A stretch of DNA of 64,000 nucleotides. Source: Eledone cirrhosa (lineage: Eukaryota). The stretch covers positions 106,950,001 through 107,014,000 of the forward strand of contig OZ024744.1 of assembly GCA_964016885.1 (NCBI GenBank), written 5' to 3'. The position numbers were made by a program, and so were the translations under genes. This document shows, piece after piece, positions 24,822 to 37,980 of the stretch. The notes under the pieces are model-generated. The model saw only the letters and a list, made by a program, of their open reading frames with translations, ran no database searches and was not told where the DNA came from. The first letter of the stretch is position 1; every line of letters begins with the position of its first letter.

Positions 24822-25497
24822 TTACCCACTCTACTACCCTAAGTATTGAGTACTTTGGTGTGTTATGGTCCACCTGGTTCCTTACCACATTTCCTTCGTT
24901 AGATATATATATATATAGAGTCTAGCTATTGAGCAGTTAATTTTATTGATTTTTTTAGTTGCTTCTATTGACTGTTGAATAGCTCTGTTATATTTAACCA
25001 TTCTGTCGAGAGCTTTATTCGATTTGTGATATTTTGCATTCTCGCAATATTATACACAACTGAATCATTCGCCTAATATAGGTGTTACCTCCCTTGCTGA
25101 ACTCCACGTGGGGTCAGTAATAGCCACACTTATGTATAGCATTTTGGAGCAAAAACCCGTTGATAACACGGCTTCCTTGTTCAATCATCTTACCAGAAGC
25201 TCAACATTCTTTATGGAGGCGGACAGTACCTGATTTTGGAGTCGCAGAAACCAAATACTGGATTTTACCATCAGTCCAGGGTCCGGGAAAGTATCAACAC
25301 ATATATTTTTATTGTTTGACCTGAATTACTTGGTCGTTTGTTTTGGCTATGCTGATGATCTGTTTAACCATCATCTCAGTGTGTGTTTGGCCCTTAACGT
25401 ATGCTGTAGCTCTGATTCACATGAATCATCGAGCGCTTGCCACACATATCGGACGTTGATTTTCGTTAATTCCTGTGCTGAAATACGATTCTCGCTA

Positions 25498-25544
<47 letters not shown>

Positions 25545-25794
25545 TGAAAAATGGTGTGCTGCGTTGTTGCGGATGTGATACATATGAATAAAAAAAATAG
25601 AGTAAGAAGCCAGGACTATCCATCATCAGTGATCTTCTGGTCATCATAGGTATTTCTTCGCATTAAAGATCTTTAATGTGAAGAAATACCTATAATGACA
25701 GGGTGAGCATAAAGTCTTTCTCTGATTATAAAATACTATATCTTGGATACTATTTGAGATTTTACTTTATCATTGTTTTAATTTATACGGTGCT

Positions 25795-26330
25795 GAAATT
25801 GGTGGTGATGATGGTGGTGGTGGTGGTGGTGATATGATGTGATGATGGTGGTGGTGGTGGTGGTGGTGGTGATATGGTGATGATGATGGTGATTGTGCTG
25901 TAATTGGTGGTGGTGGTCGTGGTGATGGTGCTGAAATTGATGGTGGTGGTGGTGGTTGTGGTGGTGTTGATGCTGGTGGTGGGGCTGTGATGATGATGAT
26001 GGTGATGGTGATTGTGCTGTAATTGGTGGTGGTGGTGGTGGTGATGGTGCTGAAATTGATGGTGGTGGTGGTGGTGGTGGTGGTGGTGGTGGTGGTGGTG
26101 GTGGTGGTGGTGGTGGTGGTGGTGGTGATGGTGTGATGATGTTGGTGGTGATGATGGTGTGATGATGTTGGTGGTGGTGTGATGATGGTGATGGTGATAC
26201 TGTTGGTGGTGGTGGTGGTTGTGGTGGTGTTGATACTGGTGGTGTTGATGCTGGTGGTGGGGCTGTGATGATGATGATGATGATGATGATGATAGCAGTG
26301 GCAGTAATGGTGGTGGTGGTAGTGATGTTA
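25795..26330. repeat. (GGT/GAT)n low-complexity tract
   Basis: Direct inspection. Confidence 0.95.
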
Positions 26331-26619
26331 GTTTAGTTGATTAGTTTACATTAATTAGTGTTGTTAATTGGTTGTGTCAGTGTTATTAGTTAGTGTTAGT
26401 TTTTAACATTTAAAAAAAATTTATTAGTCATGTTGGTTTAGTTAATTGGTCAGGATAGTATAATTAGTTTTATTAGTCATGTTTAATTAATTAGTAGCGT
26501 TAGTATAATTAATTGTGTTTATGTAGTTATGGTAGTATTGGTATAATTATTTAGTCATGTTAGTGTGTATTAGTGTATCTACGAGCGTGTGTTGGTGAAA
26601 GTAGTCATGTGTTGGTGGG

Positions 26620-29600
26620 GTAGTGCATAGGTGGGTGTTGAGAATGAGCTGACAAGAGGAAAAGAGGCAGTGCATTTAGGCCGTGGGCAATAAAAGTTTG
26701 AAGGGAAAAGATAATGTGCTGTTTTCTCCTGAAGTATGAGTCTGGGGGGTCCAGAGTAGGCAACAAGGCCTAAAACTGTGAGGTGTTGATAGGAGTGGGA
26801 GATGATGGTGAGGAGGGAGTGATGGGAGGGATCAATAGAAACAGAGGTGGATAGTAGTTGTGGAGATTTAGGTGGTGAAGTGAAGAGTGGTGGAAGGAGC
26901 AGAAGAAAGAGAGGAAGGAGTGAAACTATGCCTGGGTGAGTGTGATGGTGGCAATACAGTTGTTAATATAATGGCCATATAGCTGGGGAAGGTATGGATG
27001 TGTGATGTTAATGATGTCTGGGTGAGTGTGATGGTGGAAATACAGTTGTTAATATGATAGCCATATAGCTGGGGGAGGTATGGATGTGTGATGTTAATGA
27101 TGTCTGAGTGAGTGTGATGGTGGAAATACAGTTGTTAATATAATGGCCATATAGCTGGGGGAGGTATGGATGTGTGATGTTAATGATGTCTGGGTGAGTG
27201 TGATGGTGGAAATACAGTTGTTAATATAATGGCCATATAGCTGGGGAACGTATGGATGTGTGATGTTAATGATGTATGGGTGAGTGTAATGGTGGAAATA
27301 CAGTTGTTAATATAATGGCCATATAGCTGGGGAAGGTATGGATGTGATGTTAATGATGTCTGGGTGAGTGTGATGGTGGAAATACAGTTGTTAATATAAT
27401 GGCCATATAGGTGGGGAACGTATGGATGTGTGATGTTAATGATGTCTGGGTGAGTGTGATGGTGGAAATACAGTTGTTAATATAATGGCCATATAGCTGG
27501 GGAAGGTATGGATGTGATGGTGGAAATACAGTTGTTAATATAATGGCCATATAGCTGGGGAAGGTATGGATGTGTGATGTTAATGATGTCTGGGTGAGTG
27601 TGATGGTGGCAATACAGTTGTTAATATAATGGCCATATAGCTGGGGGAGGTATGGATGTGATGTTAATGATGTCTGAGTGAGTGTGATGGTGGAAATACA
27701 GTTGTTAATATAATGGCCATATAGCTGGGGAAGGTATGGATGTGATGTTAATGATGTCTGGGTGAGTGTGATGGTGGAAATACAGTTGTTAATATAATGG
27801 CCATATAGCTGGGGGAGGTGTGGATGTGTGATGTTAATGATGTCTGGGTGAGTGTGATGGTGGAAATACAGTTGTTAATATAATGGCCATATAGCTGGGG
27901 AAGGTATGGATGTGATGTTAATGATGTCTGGGTGAGTGTGATGGTGGAAATACAGTTGTTAATATAATGGCCATATAGCTGGGGGAGGTATGGATGTGAT
28001 GTTAATGATGTCTGAGTGAGTGTGATGGTGGAAATACAGTTGTTAATATAATGGCCATATAGCTGGGGAAGGTATGGATGTGTGATGTTAATGATGTCTG
28101 AGTGAGTGTGATGGTGGAAATACAGTTGTTAATATAATGGCCATATAGCTGGGGAAGGTATGGATGTGTGATGTTAATGATGTCTGGGTGAGTGTGATGG
28201 TGGAAATACAGTTGTTAATATAATGGCCATATAGCTGGGGAAGGTATGGATGTGTGATGTTAATGATGTCTGGGTGAGTGTGATGGTGGAAATACAGTTG
28301 TTAATATAATGGCCATATAGCTGGGGGAGGTATGGATGTGTGATGTTAATGATGTCTGAGTGAGTGTGATGGTGGAAATACAGTTGTTAATATAATGGCC
28401 ATATAGCTGGGGAAGGTATGGATGTGATGTTAATGATGTCTGAGTGAGTGTGATGGTGGAAATACAGTTGTTAATATAATGGCCATATAGCTGGGGAAGG
28501 TATGGATGTGTGATGTTAATGATGTCTGGGTGAGTGTGATGGTGGAAATACAGTTGTTAATATAATGGCCATATAGCTGGGGAAGGTATGGATGTGTGAT
28601 GTTAATGATGTCTGGGTGAGTGTGATGGTGGAAATACAGTTGTTAATATAATGGCCATATAGCTGGGGAAGGTATGGATGTGATGTTAATGATGTATGGG
28701 TGAGTGTGATGGTGGAAATACAGTTGTTAATATAATGGCCATATAGCTGGGGAAGGTATGGATGTGTGATGTTAATGATGTCTGGGTGAGTGTGATGGTG
28801 GAAATACAGTTAATATAATGGCCATATAGCTGGGGAAGGTATGGATGTGTGATGTTAATGATGTATGGGTGAGTGTGATGGTGGAAATACAGTTGTTAAT
28901 ATAATGGCCATATAGCTGGGGAAGGTATGGATGTGATGTTAATGATGTCTGGGTGAGTGTGATGGTGGAAATACAGTTGTTAATATAATGGCCATATAGC
29001 TGGGGGAGGTATGGATGTGTGATGTTAATGATGTCTGAGTGAGTGTGATGGTGGAAATACAGTTGTTAATATAATGGCCATATAGCTGGGGAAGGTATGG
29101 ATGTGATGTTAATGATGTCTGGGTGAGTGTGATGGTGGAAATACAGTTGTTAATATAATGGCCATATAGCTGGGGGAGGTATGGATGTGATGTTAATGAT
29201 GTCTGGGTGAGTGTGATGGTGGAAATACAGTTGTTAATATAATGGCCATATAGCTGGGGAAGGTATGGATGTGATGTTAATGATGTCTGGGTGAGTGTGA
29301 TGGTGGAAATACAGTTGTTAATATAATGGCCATATAGCTGGGGAAGGTATGGATGTGATGTTAATGATGTCTGAGTGAGTGTGATGGTGGAAATACAGTT
29401 GTTAATATAATGGCCATATAGCTGGGGAAGGTATGGATGTGTGATGTTAATGATGTATGGGTGAGTGTAATGGTGGAAATACAGTTGTTAATATAATGGC
29501 CATATAGCTGGGGAAGGTATGGATGTGTGATGTTAATGATGTCTGAGTGAGTGTGATGGTGGAAATACAGTTGTTAATATAATTGCCATATAGCTGGGGA

Positions 29601-30650
29601 AGGTATGGATGTGATGGTGGAAATACAGTTGTTAATATAATGGCCATATAGCTGGGGAAGGGGCATACATTTGGGCCTTGAGATAGCCAATGAATAGGTT
29701 GATAGGTTGACATAATCGGGGCCCATTGTTGTACACATGGCCATTTCAGTTACCTGTTGGTAAAACTCACCCAAGAAGGAAAAGCAGTAAAATGTGAAGT
29801 CCAAAACAGATGAGGGAAGGTGAGGCGGGGGAAGGTGAAAAGATCAAGGAAGTGTTGGAGGGTACAGAGGCTTTTGGCATGGGCAACAACAGTGTAGAGG
29901 GATTTTATGTTGGGTGTGAAAAGGAGAGAGGTGGGCCATGTGGGAAGATGAAGGAGACAGAGAGTAGGGTTGGTGTCAGAAATGTGTGAGGGGTGTTAGG
30001 ATGGATTTGAGGTGGATAGAGATGAGTTTGGTGAAGCAGTTACAAGAGGAGATAATGGGGCAGCCAGGGTGTCAAGTTGGAAGAGTAAGTAGATAGTGGA
30101 GGTGTGGAGTGTGTGGATGATGAACTGGTGGTGGTACAAGGTGAAAGATATTTGTTGCTGGTAGTAAAGAGTGGAATTAGAGGGGAGACGGCAGTAGAAG
30201 AGGGGCTGTAGTGCTTCTATCTTATAGAGGTCGATATACCACACAACCACAGCACCTGGCTTCTCTGCCAGTTTGATGACAGTGTTGTCACAGCTTCGAG
30301 AGTGAGTGGAGGGCAGCAAGTTCATTTGGGGAGATATTGCTCAGCTGGGAGCATTTATAGAAGTTGAACTGGTTTGTGGCAGTCCAGATCATTTGGACCG
30401 GTGGCGGACCATGGAAATGTATATGCAGTTTGGTGCAGAGCAGGAACTACTCAATATCCAGGCAAGTGCGAAATTTGTCACTGTATGTTGGGTAGGAAAG
30501 AGAGAGAGGGGACCAGGTTATAGGGTAGACTGAGAGGACGATCATTCAGGGTGGGAAGGAGAGAGAGGAGGGGTGAGTATCAGGTCATGGGGGGTAGACT
30601 GAGAAGATCATCATTAAGGGTGGGGATGAGAGAGTGAAAGGAGGGTTGGC
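26620..30650 (-). mobile_element. Degenerate Penelope-like element (RT plus GIY-YIG end) interrupted by a satellite
   Basis: Minus-strand pieces VIKLAEKPGAVVVW, CFSFLGEFYQQVTEMAMCTTMGPDYVNL, PQLYGHYINNCI, SFHHS and RRKQHIIFSLQTFIAHGLN resemble PLE motifs IKPADKGGAVVVW, G.AMGT.MGP.YANL, RYIDD, FHP and EQHLIFRL....P.GLN. Confidence 0.8.
26932..29660. repeat. 84/86-bp satellite, about 32 copies
   Basis: Unit tgggtgagtgtgatggtggaaatacagttgttaatataatggccatatagctggggaaggtatggatg(tg)tgatgttaatgatgtc. Confidence 0.97.
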
Positions 30651-31019
30651 TAAAGGGAGGAGCTGTTCTAAGTCTTGATCCTGCTCTCATCCTCTTTTAT
30701 TTACACCAGTTGACTTGATCCTCTCTTATCACCTCTATCAGATTGTTCCATATTTTCCTAGCTCTAACTCTTCCATTGACTTTCAGTGCTTGGTAATTAT
30801 TTATGCAGCTGTCATCCTCCATACACATAGATCCTTGCAATGCAGTCTTCTCTCTTGTACACTGCATTTGATCTGTCTTATGCTCAGTTGTTTCTCTCAA
30901 CTCATTAATGCTTCATCATTTTGCATACTACTGTTACACATCTGTCATAGCATCTTCAACACATTCCTTCTCAATTTCAGCTCATCTCCTCTGTTCAAGG
31001 CTCTCATTTCAATGCAGTA

Positions 31020-31840
31020 TTGGTAATGGTAGTAGGGGGGGGGGGGGGGGGGGGCAACTGATGGTAATGATGGTGGTGATGGTGTTGGTGCTGGTGAAGA
31101 TGGTGATGGTGATGCCGGCGGTAGTGGTGGTGACGTTGGTGACACTGGTGCTGGTGGTAGTGGTGGTTGTTTTGGTGCTGGTAATGGCGGTGTTGGTGCA
31201 GGTGATGGTGATGATGGTGTTGATGGTGGTGGTGGTGATGATGATGCAGGTGGTAATGGTAATGGTGGTGGTGCTGCTGGAAGTAATGGTAATGATGGTG
31301 GTGGTGCCGGCGGTAGTGGTGGTGAAGGTAATGGTGGTGGTGGTGGTGGTGCTGGTAAAGGTAATGGTGATAGTGGTGGTGACGTTGGTGATGCTGGTGC
31401 TGGTAATGGCGGTGTTGGTGCAGGTGATGGAAATGATGGTGGTGGTGCAGGTGATGGTGATGATGGTGGTGGTGCAGGTGATGGTGATGATGGTGGTGGT
31501 GCAGGTGATGGTGATGATGATGTTGATGGTGGTGGTGGTGATGATGATGATGATGCAGGTGGTAATGGTAATGGTAATGGTGGTGATGCTGGTGCTGGTG
31601 GTAGTGGTGGTTGTTTTGGTGCTGGTAATGGCGGTGTTGGTGCAGGTGATGGAAATGATGGTGGTGGTGCAGGTGATGGTGTTGATGGTGGTGGTGTTGA
31701 TGGTGGTGGTGGTGATGATGATGCAGGTGGTAATGGTAATGGTAATGGTGGTGGTGCTGCTGGAGGTAATGGTAGTGGTGGTGGTGGTGGTGGGGTTGCT
31801 AATGATGTTGATGATGATGATGATGATGATGATGATGTGA
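31020..31840. repeat. (GGT/GAT)n cryptic repeat next to an exon donor
   Basis: Direct inspection; source of the Pro/Thr/Val-rich pseudo-ORFs. Confidence 0.95.
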
Positions 31841-31857
31841 ATATCAAGACAACCTAC

Positions 31858-32224
31858 CTTCAATAATATCAGGATCGTCTGAATAAAACTGGAATGAGTT
31901 GTTTCTTCTGTGGTCAGTAAGAGTGGCTGCTGCCGCTGCCGCCGCTGCTGCTGCTGCTGCCGCTGCTGCTGCAGCAGAGTCAGGCGTTGACACGGCCTCC
32001 ATGTTAGCCAACTGCATGGGGGGAACACATTCATTGTTAGAAATGGGGGGAGTTCTTACTGGACTGCTATCTATGATAGTAACCTTGACAGCCATGCCAT
32101 AAAGATCCACCACACCCCACACTGTGGGTGTGACATCCGTAGCAGCTATCCCTTGATCCATACCATTGATAAAGTAATGAAGGGATCCATTAGATTTCCG
32201 GACCAATCCTATCCTGTCACCTAC
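31858..32224 (-). CDS. NEURL4: NEURL4 exon (end of NHR2 and poly-Ala linker)
   Basis: atgcag|GTA...GAA G|gtaggt; 367 nt; [25 protein letters not shown]...[17 protein letters not shown]...A17...DIIE; phase 0 to 1. Confidence 0.95.
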
Positions 32225-32487
32225 CTGCATAAGAAAACAAACCACAATATGTCAAGTGTTAATATATATATATATAATAATAATAATAATGAAATTATTG
32301 TGTACAGTGCTCAGGTGCACTACAACTCATCAAAGGTGCATGTATAGTACATAGAATAATGTACAAATGTCAGGAAAATGAACAGTGTACGAGTCATGAT
32401 ATAATAACAATAACAATAATGAAATATATATATATTGTTATAAGAGAGTATTGAAGTTTGCTTGAAGCATTGTGGAATAATAAGTAA

Positions 32488-33440
32488 ATATCTTTAAGTC
32501 GTTTGGAAGCCTCGACAATGCAAATGGGTAAATCTCCGGGTAACAAGATCCGGTGGTGGAGAGAGAGATGTAAGTGGGTGTACGTTGAGATGCGTGGTGT
32601 GTATGAGATGTGTAGAAGAATGAAGGAAAGATTATAAAGGATAAAATAAAAATAACAACACGAGAGAGAGAGTTACCTTGGGAGAGATTTAATTGTCCCT
32701 ATATATTTTGGATTCATATCCATCAACTGGGGTTTTTTTTCCGGGGTGCGAAACGCATCCTCCGCTGTTTGTTGTTTTGAATATCTGAGGTATTCAGCAG
32801 AGCGCGCGTGCGCGTGAAATGGGGTCGGTCGGGCAGAGGTCAGCGGCCGAATGTGGGAGTGGGGTGGCGCTAGCTGTCAGTCCATTCTCTGCTTGTTTGT
32901 TAAATGTTACTGTGTGTGTGCGTGTGTGTGTGTTGTTGTTGTCTCGCTTGAGTGTGTGTGTGTGTTGTTGTTGTCTCGCTTGAGTGTGTGTGTGTGCGTG
33001 TGTTGTTGTCTCGCTTGAGTGTGTGTGTGTGTGTGTTGTTGCCTTGTTCCTCTGTATTGGCAGTGTAGTATGTTCGTATGGTGGAATGCTACTGTGTGTG
33101 TGTGCGTGTGTAGTTGTCTCGTTTGTGTGTGTGTGTGCGTGTGTTGCTGCATCGTTTGTTAACTTAAACCAGCCACCTCATTTCGCTTCTCTCGGATCGA
33201 TTGTTTATTTGCGGTGCCAGGCATTTGATAAAAAATATATAGGGACAATTAAATCTCTCCCTCGTGTTGTTATTTTTATTTTATCCTTTATACTTTTTCC
33301 TTCATTCCTCTACACGTCTTATACACACCACGCATCTCAACGTACACCCACTTACATCTCTCTCTCCACCACCGGATCTTGTTACCTGGAGATTTACCCA
33401 TTTGCATTGTCGAGGCTTCCAAACGACTTAAAGATATATT
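32488..33440. mobile_element. Fold-back element with ~210-220 bp inverted arms and a ~520 bp spacer
   Basis: 32488-32709 is the near-perfect reverse complement of about 33232-33440. Confidence 0.65.
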
Positions 33441-33545
33441 GGTATACTTTGGGAGGGTCATGTTCCCAATAAATACACACATTTTCAGATAAGAAATCTC
33501 ACAAAACAAATTCAAAAACGAATTTTATATATATATATATATATA

Positions 33546-34710
33546 TTGGGTTGAAAGAAAATAATTTCGTTTTTCGCAAATAGTTACGATTTTTGAAAAT
33601 GACTTTTGTCAATGTTATGATTTTTTTCCTTTTGACATTTGATAGCCATTACGTTTAGCTTACTTTAGAAGTAAATTGCATGTAATTTTGTTAACAGCTA
33701 TTAGTTCAGTGTCTATTTTAACATGGAGTGCAAAAATGAACATTTCCGTCATATTTTGCTTTTTTATTTCCATAAAGGCAAGAAGGCTGCTGAGGCTCAC
33801 AAAGAGATGTGTAAAGTTTATGGTGTTGATTGCTTAACAGAACGTACATGTCAGAAATGGTTTTAAAAATTGTGTATTTCGAGTTGCTTCGAAAGAACCG
33901 AACAATCAGTTCAGATGTTTACTGTCAACAACTAATGAAACTGGAGGAAGCAATCAAAGAAAAATGGCCAGAATTGGCAAATCGTAAAGGAATCAGGTTC
34001 CACCATGAAAATGCTAGACCACACACATATTTGTTAATCATCATCATCATCATTTTACGTCCGCTTTTCCCTGCTTGCAAGGGTGGGACGGGAACTGATT
34101 CTGGCTTGATTTCTACAGCTGGATGCCCTTCCTAACACCAACCTCATTTACAGTGAGTGCTGGGTGCTTTTTTGCCGTGGCACCTCCACAACCACTTTGC
34201 AGTGGAATGATATGGACCCCAGTCCCTATCATCTCATTTCTACAGCTGAGTAAACTGGAGCAATGTGAAATAAAGTGTCTTGCTCAAGGAAACAACACAT
34301 CACCCCGTCTGAGAATTGAACTCACAACCTTTCGATTGCAAGGCCAATGCTCTAACCACTAAGCCATGTGCCTAGTTAAAAATTATTGAGCTTGGTTGGG
34401 AAGTGATGTTACATCCACCATATAGCCCTGACCTTGCACCATCAGATTACCATTTATTTAGAAGTTTGCAAAATTCTCTGAATGGTAAAACTTTCAATAA
34501 TGATGATGACCTGAAATCACACTTCCTTCAGGTTTTGGCTGATAAGGACCAAAAGTTCTATGAGTGGGGAATCATGAAGTTGCCAGAAAGATGGCAAAAG
34601 GTCATCAAACAAAATGGTAAATATATAATTGATTAAAGTTCATTCTTTATGTGAAAAAAATGACCTTCATTTCACACTAAAAAACCGAAATTACTTTCTT
34701 GCCAAGCCAA
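33546..34710 (+). mobile_element. Internally deleted mariner (Tc1/mariner) transposon with a SINE insertion
   Basis: TA|ttgggttgaaagaaaataatttcg...cgaaattactttcttgccaagccaa|TA TIRs; ATG at 33723 MECKNEHFRHILLFYF..RTCQKWF; HHENARPH; HPPYSPDLAPSDYHLF..KLPERWQKVI. Confidence 0.92.
34038..34372 (-). mobile_element. SINE family A inserted in the mariner transposase
   Basis: Full reverse copy; gttaa on both sides is a possible TSD. Confidence 0.9.
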
Positions 34711-35031
34711 TATATATAGAGAGAGAGATAGATAGATAGATAGATAGATAAATACAAAATCAATTAATCTTATTAGTTTGGATAAGAGAGAGTAAAAGTT
34801 CAACATTAGACGTTAGTCTTTCATCAGGCAAGTACAATAGCAGATAGATTAGAGTATAAAGAATAGAAAAAGGTGGACATGTAAATGTGTGTAGTTTTTA
34901 GTTTTGTGTACATAGCAGTGTATATATTTGTGGAGGGGTCTATACATTGTTTGTGGTGGTGTCTAATATTGTATATGTGTGTGGTTGTCTGTGTATATAT
35001 CAGTGTATATATTGGTAGAATAGTGTATATA

Positions 35032-35910
35032 TCATCATCATCACCATTTTACGTCCATTCTTCCACTCTAGCATAGGTTAGACGCGTCATGCTGTTGTGA
35101 GTAGTGTCCAGTCAGCTGACCATGCCTTGCTCATACAGGAACTGATTTTGGCTTGATTTCTACAGCTGGATGCCCTTCCTAACACCAACCTCATTTACAG
35201 TGAGTGCTGGGTGCTTTTTTTCTATGGCGCCTACGTGACCACTTTACAGTGTGGGCAGGGTGCTTTTTGTTGTGACACCGACATGACCACTTTGCAGTGG
35301 GAGGGGTGCAGGCATATTGTCTATATGCTTCAGCTTCGGCTTGTACCCATGGGAAGTTGGGTCTTCTGTATTACTGCATAACGCCAGAGGTCACGGTCGT
35401 GTGTCATCACCATTGAGAGGTGCAATTGGGTAAGGTCGGCTTTTATCACCTCATCCCAGGTCTTCTTGGGTCTCCCCACTCCATGGCTTCCATCGACTTC
35501 TAGTGCTCTGCACCTTTTTATGCAGCTGTCATCCTTCATACGCATCACATGCCCATACCAACGTAACCTCCTCTCCTGCACACAGCAGTTAATTCCTCTT
35601 ATGCTTAGTCTCTCTCTCTCAATTTGTTTATGCTTTGCCATTCTCGTATATTACTATTACACATCCATCGGAGCATGCAGGCTTCATTTCTTTCCAATCT
35701 ACGCAAGTCTTCTGCACACAGCGCCCAGGACTCACTACCATGCAACATTGCTGTTCATATGCATCATACAGTCTGCCTTTCATTTTGAGGGAAAAGCTTT
35801 TTGCAGCTAGCAGTGGCAGTAGCTCCCTAAACTTCTTCCTTCTAGTTCTTACCTTGGTTGCTGTACCTTCAGAACACCCACTTCCACTGCTAATTCGGTT
35901 ACCTAGGTAG
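35032..35910 (-). mobile_element. RTE LINE 3' fragment
   Basis: YLGNRISSGSG..RKKFRELLPLLA..ERRLRWYGHVMRM..GRPKKTW, then a 3' UTR with a SINE-A-like segment. Confidence 0.88.
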
Positions 35911-36489
35911 CAGAAGGTAGGTAGGTAGGTGTGTGTGCGTGTATGAGTGTATGTGTGTGAGTGTGTGTGTGTGTGAGTGTGTGAGTGTGTGTGTGTATGT
36001 GGTTTGTCTGTGTATATATCAAATATAAAAGAAATTATTAAGTGACAAATATCTATCTGTTTATTAAGACAAACATAACTTCAACCGGTGAAGTTGAAAT
36101 GAACAAAAAACTCAGTTACATTGTCATGGCAACGACACTATACAACGCTAAGTGAGGGTGTTTTCGAGGGTAGCCTGAAAAGTTCACAGGCTGACTATGA
36201 AGGAGTAATGCTAGAGCTGTTAAATCTTGCATGCTTAATTTCAACTGGTGAGTGCCACCCAAAACCTAGTACTATCCACACTCCCACTTCAGTGTTCTCA
36301 CCACTAGCCATAAAAAGGGTTAGGAGGACCCTTTAGTTGTGTCAAAGATATGACAACCTCCCCTCTGCACTTGATAGAACGCGAGACCCTATGTAAGTGA
36401 GATGCAGAGCCCCAGCCTGTCTGGCAGGTCAGTAACTCTGCTTCAGTATTGACTTGGTCTATGTAGATCTGACCAACCTTTGTTAACAA

Positions 36490-37022
36490 GGAAATCACCA
36501 GTCTGGAACCCCTATCTTGCTCAGGACATTGACCGCCTGGAAACTGTTCAGAGATGTGCAACCAAGCGAATACCCTCCATCAGGCATCTACCATACTCTG
36601 AGCGCCTTGCTTTCCTGGGCATGGATACATTGAAGCTCCGACACCTGGCAACTGACTTGGTAAACACCCACAAAATTGTTAACCATGTTGCCAACAACAA
36701 CCCTGAGTACCTTTTTGATTTCCATATGTCTAACACACGTGGACATGCCCACAAAGTAAGAAAACAGCACAGTTCCCATGACTTTCGGAAACATTTTTTC
36801 ACGCTCAGAGTTGCTGAAGCATGGAACAAACTACCTGCATCAGTTGTTAGCTGTTGAGACATTGCATCCTTTAAGGCCTCCATGCTTCCCGAGATCCGCC
36901 AACACTACAGCTAACACATACAAACATGTACTTCCCTGACATTTGTGTATTATTCTATGTACTATATTGACGAGTTGTGGTGCACCTGAGCACTTTACAC
37001 AATAATTTCATTATTATTATTA
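36490..37022 (+). mobile_element. CR1-clade LINE 3' fragment
   Basis: SPVWNPYLAQDIDRLETVQRCATKRIP..YSERL..TRGH..FFTLRVAEAWNKLP; (ATT)n tail. A short reverse tail copy lies at about 32278-32400. Confidence 0.88.
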
Positions 37023-37121
37023 AATTAAAAGATGTTGATGATACACACACACACAATCATCATCACCATTTAACATCCATTTTGCCACACCAACATAAGT
37101 TAGATGATATATATATTCATA

Positions 37122-37467
37122 TGGAAGCACATGGCTTAGTGGTTACAGCATTGGCCTTGCAATCGAAAGGTTGTGAGTTCAATTCTCAGACCGGGTGATG
37201 TGTTGTTTCCTTGAGCAAGACACTTTATTTCACATTGCTCCAGTTTACTCAGCTGTAGAAATGAGATGATAGGGACTCCAGTCCCTATCATTCCACTGCA
37301 AAGTGGTCGTGGAGGTGCCACGGCAAAAAAGTACCCAGCACTCACTGTAAATGAGGTTGGTGTTAGGAAGGGCATCCAGCTGTAGAGATCAAGCCAGAAT
37401 CAGTTCCCGTCCCACCCTTGCAAGCAGGGGAAAAGTGGACATAAAATGAAATGATGATGATGATGAT
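37122..37467 (+). mobile_element. Full-length SINE family A
   Basis: A box, B box, central domain and RTE-like tail. Confidence 0.9.
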
Positions 37468-37544
37468 ATATAGGTGCTATTAAGTTAGACATCGCCTGGG
37501 TCAATACTGGCCGAAACCTATCAAAGTCATATATATATATATAT

Positions 37545-37583
<39 letters not shown>

Positions 37584-37774
37584 GTGAGTGTGTATGTGTG
37601 TGTCTGCGGTGCTGAAACCAAGGAGACCACTGATCATGTGAGTACTCCATACACGAAGAGATGTAGAGTGAGTATAGAGATGTGTAAAATCTCAAATGCA
37701 GTGCCAAGCGATTCCAGTCTCGAAACTGCTTGGTGCCGTGGTTGGAATCTTACACATCTCTCTCTCTTTCTCTT

Positions 37775-37809
<35 letters not shown>

Positions 37810-37906
37810 AATATATATACGCATACTTTTAAATATATTTACATATACAAAATATTTACAGAAATTTCATGACTATATTATACAACATAAAAATATACAT
37901 ATACAG

Positions 37907-37949
37907 ATGATGACGATGAATATGGTGGTGGTGGTGTTGGTGGTGGTGG

Positions 37950-37980
<31 letters not shown>

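Noticed and set aside
25190-25345. Candidate NEURL4 exon (GTVRLHKEC; KRP|gtaatt)
   Set aside because: In-frame stops and wrong phase; the missing NHR3-start exon is at 9955-10039.
30908-31847. Extensin- or mucin-like Pro/Thr/Val-rich ORFs
   Set aside because: GGT/GAT repeat open in several frames; a good donor at 31858 ends the real exon.
36160-36260. Possible mariner-type TIR fragment (cgagggtagcctgaaaagtt)
   Set aside because: No partner TIR or transposase remnant identified.
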